Source of the DNA: Promethearchaeota archaeon
GTDB lineage: Archaea > Asgardarchaeota > Lokiarchaeia > Sigyniarchaeales > SOKP01
DNA: 64,000 nucleotides
Reading direction: 5' to 3'
NCBI GenBank assembly: GCA_016839765.1
Contig: JAEOTP010000087.1
Location: 15,742-79,741, forward strand
Positions 58,891 to 64,000 of the stretch are shown piece after piece (within the stretch, counting starts at the first letter, position 1; every line of letters begins with the position of its first letter). The position numbers were made by a program, and so were the translations under genes. Under the pieces are notes generated by a model that had not been told where the DNA came from, did not search any database, and saw only the letters and a list, made by a program, of their open reading frames with translations.

Positions 58891-60219
58891 CTAATACGCC
58901 TTTCCTTTTTTCTTTGCCTCCATATAAGTACCTAATACTTGGTTCATCATATCATCAGGACCTACTGTTACAATATTAATTCCAAGATTTCGAATATCTT
59001 GCTTAACTTTTAGTATGTGTTCCATCATCTCTTCACTGATGGCTTCCGCTAAAGCTTTATCTGTTGAAGATAAATCAATTTCATGAATCTCAAACCAAGG
59101 ACTAAACGGGTTAACAATTATAATCGAGTGGTTGAATGGAACTAACTTTCTTATACCTTGGCCTATTTCTTTAATAGGTGATTCTAAATCTGATATATAG
59201 AAAATTAAACTGCGTTTTTGAAAACGCCTGATAAAGTAATCCATTGCTTCAACTATTCTATTTTTTCCTTCAGGTTTAATTTTTGCCACAAAATCTAATA
59301 CCTTATAAAAATGATCTTCTCCCTTTCCTGGTTTCAAAAATTGCACATTCTTTTTATCTGAAAATGTAAATACTCCAACGCTATCTCTACGTGTTAGCGC
59401 GACTTTTGTTAAAAGCATACATGCTCTTATAGCATATTCAAATTTTGTATTTTCAATAGCACCTCCAGCCATAGAATTTGACGAGTCAACAATAATCATG
59501 ACAGTAATATCTCTTTCACTTTCATATTCTTTTACAATTAATTGTTGAGAACGAGCACTTGCTTTCCAGTCTATTAGTCTGAATTGATCTCCAAAAACAT
59601 ACTTCCTCATACCATAAAATTCTGAACCGAGCCCTTTTTGCTTAGATCTTTGTAAACCATAGTTTAGTTGCAGAGATCTTTTAGATCCCAAAATTTCAAT
59701 CTTTTTAATATCCTCATAAGGGGGATAAACTAATATATCTGAAACACTGTCAGGAACTATTCGTTCTTCTGAATTAAAACCAAGTCTGTCTTTTACAGTA
59801 ATTGAGAGTGGACCCAACGGATATTCTCCTCTAACTTTTGGCTCAAGAACATATGAAAATTTAATTAAACCTTTGGGGCCAATACGGGTAGAAATAAAAT
59901 TTTCTCCTAATACTAATCTAAAAAGTTCTGGATTATAATAATCTCGAATCTCAAGAAAATCAAAACTATTTTTTCCAGTATTTTCAACCACTACTTTTAC
60001 ATGAACAAAGTCATCTTTAAAGACTTTTTCTTTCTCTAACTCACGATATACACGTAATTCTTCTACATTCATTTGCCAATAAAAAACCGGTAAGCTAATT
60101 ATTGTACTAAATAATAAAAGAATGGCGAAATATATCAAATAATAATTTACAAATGCAAATCCAGCTGTTAGAAAAAACACTGAAAATAGAATTAATGTTC
60201 TTCCTTTTCCTCCAAAAAT
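58891..60219 (-). CDS. DUF58 / vWA protein (MoxR partner)
   Basis: RGEY-x-LGP, VYP, EFYGMRKYVFGD-x-R-x-IDWKASAR, VDSSNSM MIDAS-like; frame open upstream of GTG 60180 to 60225. Confidence 0.88.
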   Translation of the reverse strand: MFGGKGRTLILFSVFFLTAGFAFVNYYLIYFAILLLFSTIISLPVFYWQMNVEELRVYRELEKEKVFKDDFVHVKVVVENTGKNSFDFLEIRDYYNPELFRLVLGENFISTRIGPKGLIKFSYVLEPKVRGEYPLGPLSITVKDRLGFNSEERIVPDSVSDILVYPPYEDIKKIEILGSKRSLQLNYGLQRSKQKGLGSEFYGMRKYVFGDQFRLIDWKASARSQQLIVKEYESERDITVMIIVDSSNSMAGGAIENTKFEYAIRACMLLTKVALTRRDSVGVFTFSDKKNVQFLKPGKGEDHFYKVLDFVAKIKPEGKNRIVEAMDYFIRRFQKRSLIFYISDLESPIKEIGQGIRKLVPFNHSIIIVNPFSPWFEIHEIDLSSTDKALAEAISEEMMEHILKVKQDIRNLGINIVTVGPDDMMNQVLGTYMEAKKKGKAY

Positions 60220-60298
60220 TTCATTTCACCATTCTTTTAATTATTTTCCTATACAAAATTTTCCAATATTTTAATTTATTATGATAGAGTGTCTTGAG

Positions 60299-61279
60299 TT
60301 AGATAGGAATTGGTATTTCTTCTATAATGTTTTTAATTACTGATCTAACGTCTAAACCTTCCAACTCTGCTTCCGGTTTCAATAAAATACGATGATTTAA
60401 TGCAGGGACTACTAACGCTCGTACATCGTCTGGTGTAACGTATTGGCGACCTAAAATCGATGCTCGTGCTTTAGCACACTTCATTAACACCAAGCTAGCT
60501 CTTGGGCCCGCACCCATACTTAATTGTGGGTGGTTCCGTGTCTTTAAAATTATGTCTCTAATGTATTTCAATATTCTGTCATCAATATAAACGAGATTCA
60601 TCAGTTTCTGAGCAGCAAGTATTTCTTGAGAACTTGTAATTTGCTCTACAGAAGGAGATTCGCCAGAAATTTGTCTTCTCATAATTTCTACCTCTCCATC
60701 CTCTTCAGGATAATCAAGCCATAGCTTCATGAGAAATCTATCTAATTGTGCTTCTGGTAAAGGGTAAGTACCCTCCATTTCAATAGGGTTCTCAGTAGCT
60801 AGAACTATGAAAGGCTTTTCTAAAGGCAAAGTTGTACCCTCTATTGTTACTTGACGCTCAGCCATAGCTTCTAATAATGCTGCTTGAGTCTTAGGTGCGG
60901 CTCTATTTATTTCATCGGCTAAAACCACATTTGCGAAAATTGGTCCTTTTTGAAGTACAAATGTCCCTTCTTCTTGAGAGAAGATTTTCGTGCCAGTGAT
61001 GTCTGCTGGAAGTAGATCGGGAGTAAATTGAACCCGTCTAAAACCAATTCCAAGCGTTTTTGCGAAAGTTTTGGCCATAACAGTCTTTCCTAGACCGGGC
61101 ACTCCTTCAAGAAGTATATGTCCATTTACTAGAAGTGCTATAAAGAGTTCTTGCAAAATTTCTCCATAACCAACGATTATCCGCGAAACCTCACTCAAAA
61201 CTTCTTGTGCCATCTCTCGAATGGGAGCGACATCAAGTTCCTCTCTTTCATAATATTTTGCTTTATCTGGGGCTTCCAT
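60299..61279 (-). CDS. moxR: MoxR-family AAA+ ATPase
   Basis: GVPGLGKT, RVQFTPDLLPAD, DEINRA-x-PKTQAALLEAM, NPIE-x-EGTYPLPEAQLDRF. Confidence 0.95.
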   Translation of the reverse strand: MEAPDKAKYYEREELDVAPIREMAQEVLSEVSRIIVGYGEILQELFIALLVNGHILLEGVPGLGKTVMAKTFAKTLGIGFRRVQFTPDLLPADITGTKIFSQEEGTFVLQKGPIFANVVLADEINRAAPKTQAALLEAMAERQVTIEGTTLPLEKPFIVLATENPIEMEGTYPLPEAQLDRFLMKLWLDYPEEDGEVEIMRRQISGESPSVEQITSSQEILAAQKLMNLVYIDDRILKYIRDIILKTRNHPQLSMGAGPRASLVLMKCAKARASILGRQYVTPDDVRALVVPALNHRILLKPEAELEGLDVRSVIKNIIEEIPIPI

Positions 61280-61347
61280 TTTTTTTTCACATTTTTTTTT
61301 AATTTTTTTAACTAATTTAATTTGGTTATCATGACTATTTTTATAAC

Positions 61348-63099
61348 TTAAATATTATTCACAACCCATTCCATCTCAAAGAACAGGTTTTCAAAATCTT
61401 CTACATTTTTAACTTTAGATTTACCTTCCTTAATAGGTAGTATTCGATCCATAAATTTAGAGATTCTTTTAACTTTTACTTTAGTAATACCAGGTTCTTT
61501 AGAGACTGCCAATTCAACAACACTTTTAGTTGTGATAGTTCCGCCTTTTAATTGAGCATTCAATTTACGCTCTAATCTTCTATATAATAATTTTAGAGCT
61601 TTACCATATTCACTTTTATTCCTAAACCATTCAATTTTTTGGGCAAAATAAGAGGAAGTTCTAAACTTTTCTCTTTCTTCTATTTGCTCCTGCTTTTTTG
61701 CTTTCTTTTTTTCTGCTTTTTCATCTTTTTTCGGTAAATACTTTCTTAATGTATAGACTGCTAGAAGAGGGTATATCCAAGCAGTGATTGGATTGGTAGA
61801 AAGGTGAACAACATATTGAATAATAAAACCAAAAAGTCCCGCAGAAGTTAAATCTCTTGAATATTCAGGACGAATATGAGCTTCATCAAATGCAACTACC
61901 CAATTGTCCTTATCTTCTCCAAAAGTGAGCCAGTCTATAATATTTTTCCCAAATTGACGATTGTCATAGTTTGGATTATTAATCAATTCATTATTAAATA
62001 AACTAGCATCGGCAGCTACAAAAAAGCGCCCATTTCCACCGAAAGTAGTTAGATCTTTGGCCATAAAGACAGCATGATAATATCCCGCTAATGGCCATTC
62101 AGTGGGAAAACCAGGGATAAATCCAGTAATCATTCTTAAATCTAGATAATCATCTTCATACTTATACATATGATCCCCGTTTTTATCAACGTAAGCAAAT
62201 TTTGAAGTGGAACCTATTACATCCCAGTCAAAGAAGGTAGTAAATGGTTCTCCAAGTGCACTAGATGAATGTGAAAGAATTACTTCATGTACATTATTAG
62301 TTGTAGGATGAACTGGATCAAAATCAACAATAACAGGAAAATCTGGGCGAGTATCATAAGAATCATTATCTCGCAATATTCCATCGGGAAAAATTGCTAC
62401 GGGAATTACTCCTTGGATATCAGGATCCAAAGCACTTGCAATAAAAATTTCCCATAATAAGGTGCTGGTACTACCATGATCATGACAAATCAAAATTGAA
62501 TTTTTAGTCTCATTACTAAAAAAATCTACAAAAAAGGGTATTTCAAATAACGGATTATAAAATTGATTTGGGCCTAATAATATTAATAAAACAGATTTAT
62601 TTAAGCGTTGAGTTGCGCTTAAGCTAGTTTGTATTGACATAATATCATATCCTTCTTGCTCAAGAGAATTTCTAAAATCAGTAGCTCCATTCCACTCATC
62701 ATTATAGATAGAGAAATTTTGATCATTCTCTCCTTTATCAAAAATAGGACCTATTAATGGGATTAAAATAAAAATAAAAATGGTAAGTAGTAATGCTTCT
62801 TTGTAAATGGAACCAGTTTGAACTTTTTTACGGGAGAGAGCCTCTCTTGACTTTTGTGCATAAACATTACGAAGAAAAATAGCAAATCCTATTGCTAGGA
62901 AGATGGCTCCAATATAACATACGAAGGGAATATAACTTAAGTAAACTGGGGGTACTTCACCAGGATGGTTTATTTGATAAATTTCGACAAAATCCGAGAT
63001 AAATATACCATAATATATTAAAAATATGGTAGAGAATACAAAAATTATCCCTTTCGATAAATTTACATTTCTTCCTTTATTTTTCCCACTAATAGCCAT
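61348..63099 (-). CDS. DUF4350 (GldG/IFT52-like GIFT fold) membrane protein with helical C-terminal domain
   Basis: FSIYN-x2-WNG, GRFFV-x-AD-x-SLF-x-N, DN-x2-F-x2-N-x2-DW, FDEAH; three N-terminal TMs. Confidence 0.72.
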   Translation of the reverse strand: MAISGKNKGRNVNLSKGIIFVFSTIFLIYYGIFISDFVEIYQINHPGEVPPVYLSYIPFVCYIGAIFLAIGFAIFLRNVYAQKSREALSRKKVQTGSIYKEALLLTIFIFILIPLIGPIFDKGENDQNFSIYNDEWNGATDFRNSLEQEGYDIMSIQTSLSATQRLNKSVLLILLGPNQFYNPLFEIPFFVDFFSNETKNSILICHDHGSTSTLLWEIFIASALDPDIQGVIPVAIFPDGILRDNDSYDTRPDFPVIVDFDPVHPTTNNVHEVILSHSSSALGEPFTTFFDWDVIGSTSKFAYVDKNGDHMYKYEDDYLDLRMITGFIPGFPTEWPLAGYYHAVFMAKDLTTFGGNGRFFVAADASLFNNELINNPNYDNRQFGKNIIDWLTFGEDKDNWVVAFDEAHIRPEYSRDLTSAGLFGFIIQYVVHLSTNPITAWIYPLLAVYTLRKYLPKKDEKAEKKKAKKQEQIEEREKFRTSSYFAQKIEWFRNKSEYGKALKLLYRRLERKLNAQLKGGTITTKSVVELAVSKEPGITKVKVKRISKFMDRILPIKEGKSKVKNVEDFENLFFEMEWVVNNI

Positions 63100-63153
63100 T
63101 GTTCTTGTAATTTTCTTATTTTAGGATTATTATTTCTTAGTTTTCTTAAAATT

Positions 63154-63534
63154 TTAGAAACTAGCAGCTCGTAAATTTTTACCTGTAATTTCATTGTACA
63201 AATTTGAAAATAATTGTATTGTGAAATTTAATTCTTTATTGGTAGGTTCTATCCCCCCATAAATGATATCTTCAATTTTTTTTATAAAGGGATACACAGT
63301 TTCAGGTTTTTGCCCTAATTCATTAACGCAAGTAATAGCATATTCACGAATTGTTTGATGGGCTAATCTAGGTTTTTTATACTTTTTTTTAACTAAATCG
63401 TTGTAGACAAGATATATGTAAGCTATAGCTTCCGTGGATCGTTCTGTTTGAACTAATACTTTAACATTTTCAAAACTTTGTGTCACATCTAATTCTGGCT
63501 CTGGTTCCTTTTTCTTTTTCTTTGCTTTTACCAT
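63154..63534 (-). CDS. DUF4129-like small helical protein
   Basis: EAIAYIY...R-x2-QTIREY...IEDIIYG pattern. Confidence 0.6.
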   Translation of the reverse strand: MVKAKKKKKEPEPELDVTQSFENVKVLVQTERSTEAIAYIYLVYNDLVKKKYKKPRLAHQTIREYAITCVNELGQKPETVYPFIKKIEDIIYGGIEPTNKELNFTIQLFSNLYNEITGKNLRAASF

Positions 63535-63649
63535 ACTAAAACCCTTTCAGTATATTTTTCTATTTTAATAAATTATTTTTTTCAAGTTTTTATTTTTATC
63601 TTATTTTTTTTTGTCACATTTTCTTTTTTTTATATATTGTAATATTTGG

Positions 63650-64000
63650 TCAAAAATTCAATACAAAATTATATCCCGTTAATTGTAAATAAATTGGTGA
63701 AAATAATTCTACAGTTTTATAAAAATCATTATCAGATATTTGAAATGGTTTTGCATAAATAATTTCTTCAATTTTTTGAATAAAAGGATAAATCGTCGTA
63801 GGATTTAATTTTAAATCTTTTACGCTTATTATCGCAAAATCTCTTATTGTCTCTTTTACATCTCTTGTTCTTCCAAATTTAGCATTTACTAAATCCATAT
63901 AAATTGCATTAAAAAGATAAGATAAAGATTCTTCTAATCTTCCAGAATCTTTTAAAATTTTAAGATTAATTATTTTACTCTCAAGAGGGAGATTAACAAC
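63650..64000 (-). CDS. C-terminal DUF4129-like domain of a protein starting beyond the window
   Basis: Frame open from 63898 to window end (VVNLPLESKIINLKILKDSGRLEESLSYLFNAIYM...); ETIRDF...IEEIIYA. Confidence 0.65.
   Translation of the reverse strand, partial: VVNLPLESKIINLKILKDSGRLEESLSYLFNAIYMDLVNAKFGRTRDVKETIRDFAIISVKDLKLNPTTIYPFIQKIEEIIYAKPFQISDNDFYKTVELFSPIYLQLTGYNFVLNF

Noticed and set aside
60299-61279. Higher GC of moxR and the opp genes as evidence of horizontal transfer
   Set aside because: Equally explained by amino-acid composition and expression-linked codon use of conserved genes; no mobility signatures
1-64000. CRISPR array, rRNA, integrase or intact transposase
   Set aside because: No regularly spaced repeats, no long GC-rich structural RNA, no DDE or tyrosine-recombinase ORF seen; no att-like duplication of the tRNA-Gln 3' end noticed

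Overview
A gene-dense, very AT-rich archaeal chromosome segment, most consistent with an Asgard archaeon (Lokiarchaeia-like). That assignment rests on archaeal housekeeping genes (Trm1, RadA/RadB paralogues, type II MetAP, MptE, CofD/CofE, HdrC, a TFE-beta/RPC34-like factor, an archaeal A1-U72 tRNA-Gln) occurring alongside several eukaryote-like proteins. Main modules: (i) N-glycosylation/translocon genes: ribophorin I head-to-head with Sec61-beta, AglH/GPT, sugar-modifying genes, and elsewhere OSTC/DC2-like and DPM2-like membrane proteins; (ii) an Opp/Dpp peptide ABC transporter interrupted by an apparent deletion scar, plus M20/M28 peptidases; (iii) a roadblock, multi-TM, tandem V4R (Bet3-like) and longin-like neighbourhood; (iv) a LipS2-lipoate ligase-LipS1-CofE/nitroreductase (FbiB-like)-CofD operon coupling lipoate and F420 synthesis; (v) a chimeric bacterial-core/archaeal-tail LeuRS; (vi) a MoxR-DUF58-DUF4350-DUF4129-like operon running off the right edge. 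No CRISPR array, rRNA or intact mobile element was seen. All family calls come from motif recognition by eye, not database searches.
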